A stretch of DNA of 64,000 nt from Mycobacteriales bacterium (GTDB taxonomy: Bacteria > Actinomycetota > Actinomycetes > Mycobacteriales > QHCE01). The notes under the pieces were generated by a model that saw only the letters and a list, made by a program, of their open reading frames with translations, was not told the origin of the DNA and searched no databases. Of this stretch, positions 27,702 through 36,305 are shown in pieces. The position numbers and the translations under genes were made by a program. The number at the start of each line of letters is the position of its first letter. Within the stretch, counting starts at the first letter, position 1. Location: assembly GCA_013362805.1 (NCBI GenBank), contig JABFVL010000046.1, positions 2,437-66,436 on the forward strand, in the 5' to 3' direction.

Positions 27702-28897
27702 GGGCGGGGACTTCGATCGGGCTTCGCTGATTTGGGCATACGCGGCCGGACGGCGGCAAACGACTTGGGCGCTTGGCTAGTGTCTTCCTGGAGCCGGCCC
27801 ATGCGTCTGGGAATGTTGCGCTCAATCAGTTTCGCGTTTCGTTCGTATTGCCATTCGTAGCAGGACATTCGAATGGACAGCACGAATGCGGCTAGCAATC
27901 CGACGACGAGGAAGAGCGCGCCTCCGGTGGCACCTGCCTTCATCGCGCCGGGCAAGTAGCAAAATCCGGCGAGCGCGAACATGCCGAACCCGACGGGCCA
28001 TTTCCATTTCTTTCGAAATTCCGCACCGGATAGCCGTTTTTTAGCCGCCCGTCGTGCGTATCCGAGTTGACGATTCAGATCGGCTACCAGTTCCTCATCA
28101 GTGGGCTGGACCGAGAGCGCTCGTTCACACAATGCTTCGATGTAGGCGGCCTGTTCGGGCGTGGTGATGATGAGTCGCCCGTCGGGCAGTTCGTGATGTG
28201 CTTGCACCGCTCGCTCGGCGATCGCCGCTGACAACGCGTTTCGCACTTCGCCTTCGTCAGGGTGTGCGCGATAGGCCTGTTCGCCTTCTTCCATCGCGGC
28301 ATCTACTTCACCATGTTCGGTGAGCAGCCGAACCAGCCGAGCGGGATAGTCGGGTTCATTTGGCGCCAGGCTGATGGCGGCGCGGAGCGCGGAGCTGGCT
28401 CGGTGTGGATCGTCCGCGGCGGCGAGGATGCCCGCTCGTTGAGCGTGTAGCCGAGCATCTTCGGGTTCGAGTCTCAGCGCGTTGTCAACGGCTTCGGCGG
28501 CTGCCCATTCGTCACCAGCCGATAGGGCGGCTTCGGCGAGAACTGAGTACGCGTAGGGGTTTTCTGGATCGTCGGAAACGGCGCGTTTGGCGGAGAAGAC
28601 AGCGGCGCCATGTTGACCACGGTCGATTTGTTCGAGAGCTTTTACGATCCACTGGCCTTCGCCACCGGGGTCTATCTCGGTGTCTTGCTCGTCATAGGAC
28701 TGCCGCTGTTGTGGGTCGAGCAGGGTGCGTTCTGCTTCGTCGAGCAGGTGCATGCGCCGTTCGGCTTCTTGCCGGGCGCTGATGTCTGGGGAGGTGGCAC
28801 GGCGTCGCCAGGTGCGGCGTTGCGCGGTGATGGCGGCGCGTATTTCGTCGGTGTTCGCCGCGGGGTCGAGACCGAGGGTGTCGTACAGCTCGGTCAC
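27698..28897 (-). CDS. J-like domain / TPR-repeat protein with a C-terminal two-TM hairpin
   Basis: GTG 28897 sits directly behind GGAGGAG (28901-28909). The N-terminus is LYDTLGLDPAANTDEIRAAI...SPD...LLDPQQRQSYD, J-domain-like with SPD in place of HPD. The middle is Ala-rich TPR-like repeats. The C-terminus is WPVGFGMFALAGFCYLPG...GALFLVVGLLAAFVLSI. The front 56 aa of ORF 27698..29065 are rejected. Confidence 0.8.
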   Translation of the reverse strand: MTELYDTLGLDPAANTDEIRAAITAQRRTWRRRATSPDISARQEAERRMHLLDEAERTLLDPQQRQSYDEQDTEIDPGGEGQWIVKALEQIDRGQHGAAVFSAKRAVSDDPENPYAYSVLAEAALSAGDEWAAAEAVDNALRLEPEDARLHAQRAGILAAADDPHRASSALRAAISLAPNEPDYPARLVRLLTEHGEVDAAMEEGEQAYRAHPDEGEVRNALSAAIAERAVQAHHELPDGRLIITTPEQAAYIEALCERALSVQPTDEELVADLNRQLGYARRAAKKRLSGAEFRKKWKWPVGFGMFALAGFCYLPGAMKAGATGGALFLVVGLLAAFVLSIRMSCYEWQYERNAKLIERNIPRRMGRLQEDTSQAPKSFAAVRPRMPKSAKPDRSPRP

Positions 28898-29024
28898 TGG
28901 CTCCTCCGAACCTGTTTGCGGGGGCCCAGGATCAGCTGTCCTGTTAGCCGGGTTCGAGGAGACTATACGCCGGATGCGCCGGTGTGGGGCTGTGTGGCGT
29001 GGGATATCTAAGTGTGGAAACGCT

Positions 29025-29059
29025 AAGTGGGGTGCCGCGCGGGAGGCGGCACCCCACTT
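29025..29059 (-). terminator. Hairpin downstream of the BldC-like gene (probable intrinsic terminator)
   Basis: Perfect 14-bp stem AAGTGGGGTGCCGC / GCGGCACCCCACTT with a 7-nt loop. On the minus strand it is followed by AGCGTTTCC, a short T tract only. Confidence 0.55.
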
Positions 29060-29097
29060 ACGCACAAGTGCAGGATTATCCTGATTGGAGCGCTGGG

Positions 29098-29313
29098 TTA
29101 GACTTCTTCACCCACGCGCTGTGTGGGGATGATTCCCCCGAGTAGTGCACGAACCTCAGTTTCACGGTAGCGTCGGTGCCCACCGAGCGTACGGATCGCC
29201 GTAAGCTTGCCGGCTTTGGCCCACCGGGTGACCGTTTTCGGGTCAACTCGGAACATGGTGGCCACCTCGGCAGGGGTGAGCAGAGGCTCTGTGTCAGGCG
29301 TGCGGGTTGTCAT
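29098..29313 (-). CDS. bldC: BldC-like small MerR/excisionase-type HTH DNA-binding protein
   Basis: 71 aa: LLTPAEVATMFRVDPKTVTRWAKAGKLTAIRTLGGHRRYRETEV. AAGGAG lies 5 nt before the ATG. The position next to a Val/Leu dehydrogenase and pur genes matches the arrangement I recall from Streptomyces. Confidence 0.8.
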   Translation of the reverse strand: MTTRTPDTEPLLTPAEVATMFRVDPKTVTRWAKAGKLTAIRTLGGHRRYRETEVRALLGGIIPTQRVGEEV

Positions 29314-29758
29314 TTTTACTCCTTACCACCCAAGCGACGGGGCGCGAGTTCGAGCTGTCGCCTCATTTGCATTGCGCGGCGTTTACCGCGTTAGGCCTTG
29401 CGGCGAAGTGCCGCGATGCTCACTCATAGTCCCTCGTGTCCAGCTTGTCAGGCATGGGCCGAAAGGCCGAAGCTTGATACCTATACGGCGGAAACCACCA
29501 CTCTGCGGATTGCGTCCGTGGCATTCCGTAATGATTCCGCAGAATTCCCCAGATTTCCCCTGGTTAGGGCATTACTATGCCCCCAACAAACTAAGCCGGA
29601 TATCGACGAATATTGCGCCAGGGCCCACTCGAAGTGGGCTAGATCACCCAGTTTCTCTAGCCTCAAATGCGACGTATGCCACATTCATCACTGCTGATGC
29701 CTTAAGCGTTACCCAATTCGCCCCACCGAAAACAACATTCAAGCCTTAAAGTGCCGAC

Positions 29759-30847
29759 ATGGCCGTCTTTCCAGAACACCTTGACAGCGAAAAACCCAGC
29801 ACAGGCCACGAACAAGTGGTCTTTTGCTACGACCGCCCCACCGGGCTCCGCGCCATTATCGCGATCTACTCAACCGCACTCGGGCCAGCACTAGGTGGCA
29901 CTCGCTTCTACCCCTATGCGAGCGAAACCGACGCCCTCCATGACGTACTCGAACTATCCCGAGGAATGGCGTACAAAAACGCGGTCGCCGGGCTAGACCT
30001 CGGCGGCGGCAAAGCAGTCATATGGGGAGATCCCGTTCGAGACAAAAACGAACCCCTGCTGCGCGCCTATGGACGATTCATCCAAACACTTGGCGGACGC
30101 TACATCACCGCATGTGACGTCGGAACCTACGTGGAAGACATGGATGTAGTCGCCCGCGAATCGAAGTTTGTCACCGGCCGCTCGCCTGAGCACGGAGGCG
30201 CAGGCGATTCCAGTGTCCTCACCGCCTACGGCGTATTTCTCGGAATTCGAGCCAGTGCCCATCAACGATGGGGCGATAACAGCTTGCAGGGGAAGAGAGT
30301 CGGCGTCGCCGGAGCCGGCAAAGTCGGCAAACACCTTGTGCCGCTTCTCGTCGAAGCTGGCGCCGACGTCATCATCGCCGACGTGAACGAGGCCGCCACC
30401 GCCGCGATCGCCGCGCAATATCCACGCGTCCAAGTAGCGAGCCCCCAAACCTTGCACACTCAAGAACTGGATATCTATTCGCCATGCGCGTTGGGCGGCG
30501 CGTTGAACGACACCACCGTGTCGGAACTTAACTGCGAGATCATTTGTGGCGCTGCCAACAATCAGCTCGCTCACCAAGGCCTCGACAAAATCATCGCCGA
30601 TCGCGACATCTTGTATGCCCCGGACTATGTGGTGAACTCCGGAGGCGTCATCCAGGTCGCCGATGAGATTGAGGGCTTCTCCTTCGAGCGAGCCAAAAAG
30701 CGGGCCTCGGGCATTTATGAGACCACCTTGCGCATGTTCGCACTCGCTGAAGCCGAGGGCGTGACCCCAACGGTGGCGGCCGATCGACTGGCTGAGCGCC
30801 GAATGGCGGAAGTTGGGCGCCTTTCCAGCATTCTTCTTCCCAGGTAA
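29759..30847 (+). CDS. Leu/Val/Phe dehydrogenase (Glu/Leu/Phe/Val dehydrogenase family)
   Basis: [31 protein letters not shown] (catalytic Lys context) and GAGKVG Rossmann motifs. Confidence 0.9.
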   Translation: MAVFPEHLDSEKPSTGHEQVVFCYDRPTGLRAIIAIYSTALGPALGGTRFYPYASETDALHDVLELSRGMAYKNAVAGLDLGGGKAVIWGDPVRDKNEPLLRAYGRFIQTLGGRYITACDVGTYVEDMDVVARESKFVTGRSPEHGGAGDSSVLTAYGVFLGIRASAHQRWGDNSLQGKRVGVAGAGKVGKHLVPLLVEAGADVIIADVNEAATAAIAAQYPRVQVASPQTLHTQELDIYSPCALGGALNDTTVSELNCEIICGAANNQLAHQGLDKIIADRDILYAPDYVVNSGGVIQVADEIEGFSFERAKKRASGIYETTLRMFALAEAEGVTPTVAADRLAERRMAEVGRLSSILLPR

Positions 30848-30999
30848 AGACCAAGGTCAGAGCGCTCATCAATGTGATTTATCGGGGTCGAGTTACCGCG
30901 AGGGATCACAAAGCGGTACGGTGGGCGCACGACAGATGCCGAAAAATCTCGGGGCTCGGAGTCGCGGGCCCCGTTTTACCTGTGCGAGGGGGTCGACCC

Positions 31000-31194
31000 A
31001 TGGGGCGCGGCCGGGCTAAGGCCAAACAGACCAAAGTCGCTAGGGAATTGAAGTACAGCTCCCCTGAGACAGACTTTGAGAAACTGCAACGGGAACTCGG
31101 GGGCGGTAAGCGCTCCGACGACCAAGAGGGCAACTCCTCGGAGCAGGATGACGCCGACGAGTGGGATCAAGCCCCGCGTCGGCATTCCCGCTAA
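31000..31194 (+). CDS. DUF3073 domain protein (conserved actinobacterial small protein)
   Basis: MGRGRAKAKQTKVARELKYSSPETDFEKLQREL, the hallmark N-terminus of this family. ATG 31000 lies behind GAGGGGG. The upstream 42 codons of ORF 30874..31194 are rejected. Confidence 0.85.
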   Translation: MGRGRAKAKQTKVARELKYSSPETDFEKLQRELGGGKRSDDQEGNSSEQDDADEWDQAPRRHSR

Positions 31195-31286
31195 TCTTCC
31201 GGTCCTGATTGGCTCCTGGGCCACACAGCGCTAGCCTGAATGAGGCGTGTGTGATTCCAGTGCATTCAGGTAACAGGGAGGTTGAT

Positions 31287-31616
31287 GTGGTGTCTCCATC
31301 GCTCAGGGCAGCTATCTTCCCATTAGCCGACCATTTTCCGCTCGCTGAGAATCCGTCAGCGGCGGAAAAGAACTCGGAACAACACCACCAAACTGGCGTC
31401 ACGCGCCCGTTTGGATTGCGCTATGCCGTCAAACCGACAGCGCATTCACCGGTGAAGATGCAAGCGGTCCACTATGACGAGCAGCGCCAAATCGGGCTGA
31501 TCGACCACGAAGGTATTAAGAAACCATTCACTACCTTCGACGCCCCGATGACCATCGAGTCAACGGGCGAAGTCGCCCGCCCCACCTACGACGAGATCCA
31601 CGATTACGATCACTAA
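31287..31616 (+). CDS. Putative graspetide (omega-ester RiPP) precursor peptide
   Basis: GTG 31287 sits 5 nt behind AGGGAGG (31275-31281). The C-terminal 32 aa, KKPFTTFDAPMTIESTGEVARPTYDEIHDYDH, carry 6 Thr/Ser and 7 Asp/Glu. It lies immediately upstream of an ATP-grasp maturase. The exact start is uncertain. Confidence 0.5.
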   Translation: MVSPSLRAAIFPLADHFPLAENPSAAEKNSEQHHQTGVTRPFGLRYAVKPTAHSPVKMQAVHYDEQRQIGLIDHEGIKKPFTTFDAPMTIESTGEVARPTYDEIHDYDH

Positions 31617-32559
31617 GAACCACGTCCTCGTCATCACCAGCCAGCTCGACCCGACCGCCGATGCGGTAGTCACCGAGCTGGCCCGACGAGGTTGCCAGGT
31701 TTTTCGCTTCGATACCGCACAATTTCCGCAAGAATTGACCATCACCGCCGAACTGGGAACCCAGTGGGCAGGCGGGCTACGGACCAAACATCGCAGCGTC
31801 CAGCTCAGCGAGCTCACAGCCGCCTACTATCGAAGACCCACACGTTTTAACTTCCCGCCACAGCTTGCCGGCGCAGAATTGCACTGGGCGGGGCAGCAAG
31901 CCCGTCTTGGCCTCGGGGGGCTGCTCGCGAACACCAGCGGATGGTTTAACCACCCGCATCACATGGCCTACGCCGAATACAAACCCACTCAACTCGCTAC
32001 AGCGAAGCGCCTTGGCCTGACAGTGCCACGCACACTCATCACCAATGACCCCGCCAGCGCCCGAGCATTCAGCGAGGAAGTCGGTGCGATGGTGTACAAA
32101 CCATTCGCCAGTGGCGGCATCGGCGACGCCGAACAGCCACGGGCGGTCTACACAAACGTCGTAGATCCCAACGATCTTGATGATTCCGTGCGTCTCACCG
32201 CGCATTTGTTCCAAGAGCACATCGCTAAAGCCTATGAAGTGCGATTAACGGTGGTAGATCAACAATTTTTCGCGGCGCGCATCAGCACCCACTCAAAATC
32301 CGCCAACATAGATTGGCGCACGGACTACGACTCGCTGACCTACGACGTCATCGAGGTTCCACACCACGTTAAAACACAGGTCAGCGCTCTGATGGGCGAG
32401 TTGAATCTTCGATACGGCGCACTAGATTTCGCGGTCACCCCTGAGGGCGCGTGGGTTTTCTTCGAGATAAACCCAAATGGGCAGTGGGGATGGATTGCCC
32501 ATCACACCAAACTGCCCATTTGTGAAGCGATCGCCGATGCGCTGATCGGCACTCGTTAA
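31609..32559 (+). CDS. ATP-grasp ribosomal peptide maturase (MvdC/MvdD-like)
   Basis: HVLVITSQLDPTADAVVTELARRG, YKPTQLATAKRLGLTVPRTLITNDP, DWR, and YGALDFAVTPEGAWVFFEINPNGQWGW. The first canonical start is TTG 31735, but the conserved N-terminus is encoded in frame from about 31618. I provisionally place the start at ATC 31609 (ATT 31603 is also possible). Confidence 0.75.
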   Translation: MTKNHVLVITSQLDPTADAVVTELARRGCQVFRFDTAQFPQELTITAELGTQWAGGLRTKHRSVQLSELTAAYYRRPTRFNFPPQLAGAELHWAGQQARLGLGGLLANTSGWFNHPHHMAYAEYKPTQLATAKRLGLTVPRTLITNDPASARAFSEEVGAMVYKPFASGGIGDAEQPRAVYTNVVDPNDLDDSVRLTAHLFQEHIAKAYEVRLTVVDQQFFAARISTHSKSANIDWRTDYDSLTYDVIEVPHHVKTQVSALMGELNLRYGALDFAVTPEGAWVFFEINPNGQWGWIAHHTKLPICEAIADALIGTR

Positions 32560-33632
32560 GCGGTCGGGTGTGTGCCCACCATGCGGACCTTGCTCGGGCC
32601 ATCACCACGAACAATTTCCCCGCACACCCACGCCGGCACCTTCTGCGCCGTGAGAACAGCAAGAGCCCGATCCACTTCAGCGGCAGGGACCACCGCTGTC
32701 ATGCCGATGCCCATGTTGAACGTGCGTTCCATCTCGGCCTGTGCGACGTTTCCGTTGGCCGCGATGTACGAGAAGATCGGCTGCGGAATCCAGGTGCTGC
32801 GATCGACCACAGCGTCAACGTTGGATGGCAGCACACGTGAAACATTGCCCGCGATGCCACCGCCGGTGATATGCGAGAGAGCGTGCACTTCGGTTTCAGC
32901 GATGAGCGTGAGGCAATCACGCGCGTAAATGCGAGTGGGGGTCAGCAGCTCTTGGCCCAAGGTGCGTTGAGAACCAAACTCAGCGACCTCGGTTTCTAGA
33001 CCCAAACCCTTATTTTCGAGCAAAATGTGGCGAGCCAGCGAGTATCCATTTGAATGCATGCCTGAGGAACCCATTGCGATGATCACATCGCCGGTTTTCA
33101 CCAAATGTGGACCAAGCACATCATCTGATTCGACAACGCCAACACCCGTTGCCGACAGGTCGTATTCATCGACGCCCATCACGCCCGGGTGCTCGGCCGT
33201 TTCGCCGCCCACTAGTGCGCAGCGAGCCCAACGACAACCGTCGGCAATACCCCCAACAATCTGCGAAATTTTCTCTGGTTCCACGGCGCCACAAGCGATG
33301 TAGTCAAGCAGGAATAGCGGCTCGGCCCCACATACGACGAGGTCATCAACAACCATCGCAACCAAGTCCACGCCAACGGTGTCGTGGATGTCCATCTGAC
33401 GAGCGATCACGAGTTTGGTACCAACGCCATCGGTGGAAGAAGCGAGCATTGGTTTGCGGTATTTTTCGGTGTCCAGTCGCACCAAACCTGCGAACCCGCC
33501 TAGATCGCCTACTACTTCCGGGCGAAAGGTGGAACGCACCTTGGATTTCATCAGCTCAACAGCGCGGTCTCCAGCGTCGATGTCGACGCCAGCTGCCGCA
33601 TAGGTGGAGCTGCCGGTGGTGGTGTCCGTCAC
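32556..33632 (-). CDS. purM: Phosphoribosylformylglycinamidine cyclo-ligase (AIR synthetase)
   Basis: YAAAGVDIDAG, GGFAGL, DGVGTKL and HITGGG-type motifs. GTG start behind GAGGAGAG. Confidence 0.95.
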   Translation of the reverse strand: MTDTTTGSSTYAAAGVDIDAGDRAVELMKSKVRSTFRPEVVGDLGGFAGLVRLDTEKYRKPMLASSTDGVGTKLVIARQMDIHDTVGVDLVAMVVDDLVVCGAEPLFLLDYIACGAVEPEKISQIVGGIADGCRWARCALVGGETAEHPGVMGVDEYDLSATGVGVVESDDVLGPHLVKTGDVIIAMGSSGMHSNGYSLARHILLENKGLGLETEVAEFGSQRTLGQELLTPTRIYARDCLTLIAETEVHALSHITGGGIAGNVSRVLPSNVDAVVDRSTWIPQPIFSYIAANGNVAQAEMERTFNMGIGMTAVVPAAEVDRALAVLTAQKVPAWVCGEIVRGDGPSKVRMVGTHPTA

Positions 33633-33646
33633 GGGGGTGTCTCTCC

Positions 33647-35149
33647 TCAGTTTGTGACCTGGATTGGCTCTGCCTCATTCTGTTGGGTGGCGTTTTGCAG
33701 CCCTTCCAGAATGTGCTTGCCAATGACATCGTCTTCCGGCAGTGCGATCGGGTACGTGCCGTCAAAACATGCGCGACACAGCCGCGATTTGGGTTGTTCG
33801 GTGGCGGCGATCAAGCCATCCAGCGAAACGTAGCCAAGTGAATCAGCCCCAATGGATGCCCGGACGCCTTCGACGTCCACCCCATTGGCAATGAGTTCGG
33901 CTCGGCTCGCAAAGTCGATGCCGTAAAAGCAGGGCCACTTTACCGGGGGAGAAGAGATTCGTACATGCACCTCTAGCGCGCCCGCTTCACGAAGCATGCG
34001 AACTAGTGCCCGCTGCGTGTTACCACGAACGATGGAATCATCCACTACGACGAGACGCTTTCCGCGAATTACGTCGCGCAACGGATTGAGTTTTAGGCGG
34101 ATTCCAAGCTGACGAATCGTTTGCGAGGGCTGAATGAAGGTCCGGCCCACGTATGAGTTTTTGACTAGTCCTTGCCCGAATGGAATACCCGAGGCTTGGG
34201 CATATCCGACTGCCGCCGGCGTACCAGACTCTGGGACGGGCATGACCAAATCAGCTTCGACGGGGTGTTCGTGCGCCAAAATGCGGCCGACTTCCACCCG
34301 AGTGGCGTGCACCGAACGACCCGAAATGGTGGTGTCTGGACGTGCCAGGTAGACGTATTCGAAAACACAGCCCTTGGGTTCAGGCGATGCCCAACGCTCC
34401 GAGCGCAAACCGTGCTCATCGATAGCGATAAGTTCACCTGGCTCAACCTCGCGCACAAACGAGGCACCACAGATGTCTAGAGCGGCGGTTTCACTCGCGA
34501 CAACCCAGCCGCGTTCCAGGCGACCCAGCACCAATGGGTGCACGCCATTGCGGTCCCGCGCGGCGTACAAGGTGTGTTCGTCCATGAAGACAAAGCAGAA
34601 CGCGCCCTCAAGTTTGGGCAGGAGCTCCAGCGCGGCCGCTTGCAACGACACATCAGCTTTGGCGGCGAGCAATGTCGCCACAATGGCGGTGTCAGAGTTG
34701 GAGCTGGGGCCACCCTCGGGGGTGCCGACTCGTTTGGCTTCAGCCGCCATCGACGCCGTGTTGACCAAGTTGCCGTTGTGCGCGATAGCAACAGAGGTTC
34801 CAGCCGACGTGCTGCGCAACTTGGGTTGGGTGTTTTCCCAGGTTGGAGACCCTGTCGTGGAGTATCGGGTGTGGCCCACGGCCACAGATCCCTGCAACGA
34901 TGCGAGGGTGGATTCGTCAAAGACTTGAGAAACTAGACCCAATTCTTTGTAGACCACCACGTGGCTGCCATCGCTTACCGCGATGCCGGCCGCCTCTTGT
35001 CCGCGATGTTGCAGCGCGTAGAGACCAAAATAGGTAAGCTTCGCGACCTCCTCGCCGGGAGCCCAAACACCGAATACACCGCATTCGTCTTTTGGACTGG
35101 CATCGAGGGGGTCGATATCGTTTGTGAGCTGGCCATCACCTCTGGGCAC
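33647..35149 (-). CDS. purF: Amidophosphoribosyltransferase
   Basis: N-terminal propeptide followed by CGVFGVW (the Ntn catalytic Cys), the PRTase motif LVVVDDSIVRGNT, and Cys ligands for a 4Fe-4S cluster near the C-terminus. Confidence 0.95.
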   Translation of the reverse strand: MPRGDGQLTNDIDPLDASPKDECGVFGVWAPGEEVAKLTYFGLYALQHRGQEAAGIAVSDGSHVVVYKELGLVSQVFDESTLASLQGSVAVGHTRYSTTGSPTWENTQPKLRSTSAGTSVAIAHNGNLVNTASMAAEAKRVGTPEGGPSSNSDTAIVATLLAAKADVSLQAAALELLPKLEGAFCFVFMDEHTLYAARDRNGVHPLVLGRLERGWVVASETAALDICGASFVREVEPGELIAIDEHGLRSERWASPEPKGCVFEYVYLARPDTTISGRSVHATRVEVGRILAHEHPVEADLVMPVPESGTPAAVGYAQASGIPFGQGLVKNSYVGRTFIQPSQTIRQLGIRLKLNPLRDVIRGKRLVVVDDSIVRGNTQRALVRMLREAGALEVHVRISSPPVKWPCFYGIDFASRAELIANGVDVEGVRASIGADSLGYVSLDGLIAATEQPKSRLCRACFDGTYPIALPEDDVIGKHILEGLQNATQQNEAEPIQVTN

Positions 35150-35600
35150 AGCGTCGATTCTAGTTCACACCGTTGCCAATTGCTGCTGTCGGCTGCCGTC
35201 AATAGCAGGCAATACTGAGGTAAGCGTCACTGTCTGCCGAAGAATCCTCACAAAAAGCCACGCTGAGCGAGGAGTTTAAGGCTTGGCAACAGCTGCCACT
35301 TCATGCTTCACTATTGCGCATGTCCGCACCGATGCCCGTGAGCGCCGCTCACCACATCGCATGCCCCGCAGGTAGCTCTTTCGCCGCTACCTGCCTGTGT
35401 TGTAGCTAAATTTCCGGCAGCGCACCCGATGCGGTGATCGCGCGCCAGCTTCCTTTTCTCAACGTCTCACGCTGACCACGTGGCTTCCCTGGGCAATAGC
35501 GCCCTTTTCTCTCTTCTTTTTCGCAGAATGTGACTTTTTCGTGATTCGCACACGCCGCGTGGTGCCCGCTGGGTACAACGCAACCCGACAGCCCGTCACC

Positions 35601-36305
35601 ATGTTCACCCAAGACGGGCGCCAGACCGCCGAATACGCACAGCTTCTACGACGCGCTAATAACTGGCTCATCCCACAAATGTGGATGGAATTCATTAACC
35701 CCACGCCAGTTGAGCAACGCACCAACAAACTCAGCAGCCTGCTGGACGCGATCGCATACGAGCTGCGCCCCGCATATAAGGCCGCGGCCGAACTGCACCG
35801 CACGCGTCAGGACTCGATCCGCATCGCGCCACAGTTGCCCGGCTGCGCGATGACAGTGGTACGCGTTCCAGACGGCACCCACGTCACAAGCCACACCCCT
35901 GGCGATGTTGCCGCTTATTACGTGCTCGATGGAGCTTTGCTTTTCCACAATTCGCCGCGGCCCGACGGGCATCGAGACGGCCGCGCCATCCAGCTCGGCG
36001 ATAAGGGACGGCGCATTTTGACCACTGCTGACAGTGCTGGTGGGCTGTCCGCACACAGCTTGGGAAAAATGAGCGTGTCCGACTCACACGAACTCATCGC
36101 GCTCCAAGACACGATCGTCATCGCCGCATATGGCTACCGAGCAACTGGCCCTACCTTGCCCACTCTTATTCGAAGTGCCACCCGACGCGATTCACTTCAA
36201 CCCCGCACCCGCACAATCCACCAAACCCACCCGCGCACTACGCAGCTGAGGAAGGCTCGCCCGCCAAAGGCAGCCACGGCCTTAGATCAGCGCGCACTCC
36301 ACTAG
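35601..36305 (+). CDS. Hypothetical protein (possible cupin-like beta-barrel in the middle)
   Basis: ORF 35541..36305, with ATG at 35601. The third-codon-position G/C bias is coding-like. I recognised no family motif. The 3' end overlaps the convergent gene by 68 nt, so the true stop or reality is uncertain. Confidence 0.4.
   Translation: MFTQDGRQTAEYAQLLRRANNWLIPQMWMEFINPTPVEQRTNKLSSLLDAIAYELRPAYKAAAELHRTRQDSIRIAPQLPGCAMTVVRVPDGTHVTSHTPGDVAAYYVLDGALLFHNSPRPDGHRDGRAIQLGDKGRRILTTADSAGGLSAHSLGKMSVSDSHELIALQDTIVIAAYGYRATGPTLPTLIRSATRRDSLQPRTRTIHQTHPRTTQLRKARPPKAATALDQRALH

Noticed and set aside
21921-28897. Canonical ESX / type VII secretion locus.
   Set aside because: No EccB, EccD, EccE, MycP, PE/PPE or WXG100 pair is present. 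The FtsK-like ATPase has no TM or FHA region, and the small helical protein has no WxG or YxxxD/E motif.
29098-29313. Excisionase-type HTH as a marker of a prophage or integrative element, with the tRNA-Arg/tRNA-Ser pair at 56461..56672 as a possible attachment site.
   Set aside because: No integrase, recombinase, capsid, terminase or relaxase genes are present anywhere in the window. I noticed no direct repeat of a tRNA 3' end. The HTH protein matches the chromosomal BldC type and sits in conserved pur/vdh synteny.
29207-29749. 180-aa ORF filling the bldC/dehydrogenase spacer (also 29398..29697).
   Set aside because: It runs antisense through the bldC 5' end and has no SD, no motifs and non-coding-like codon usage.
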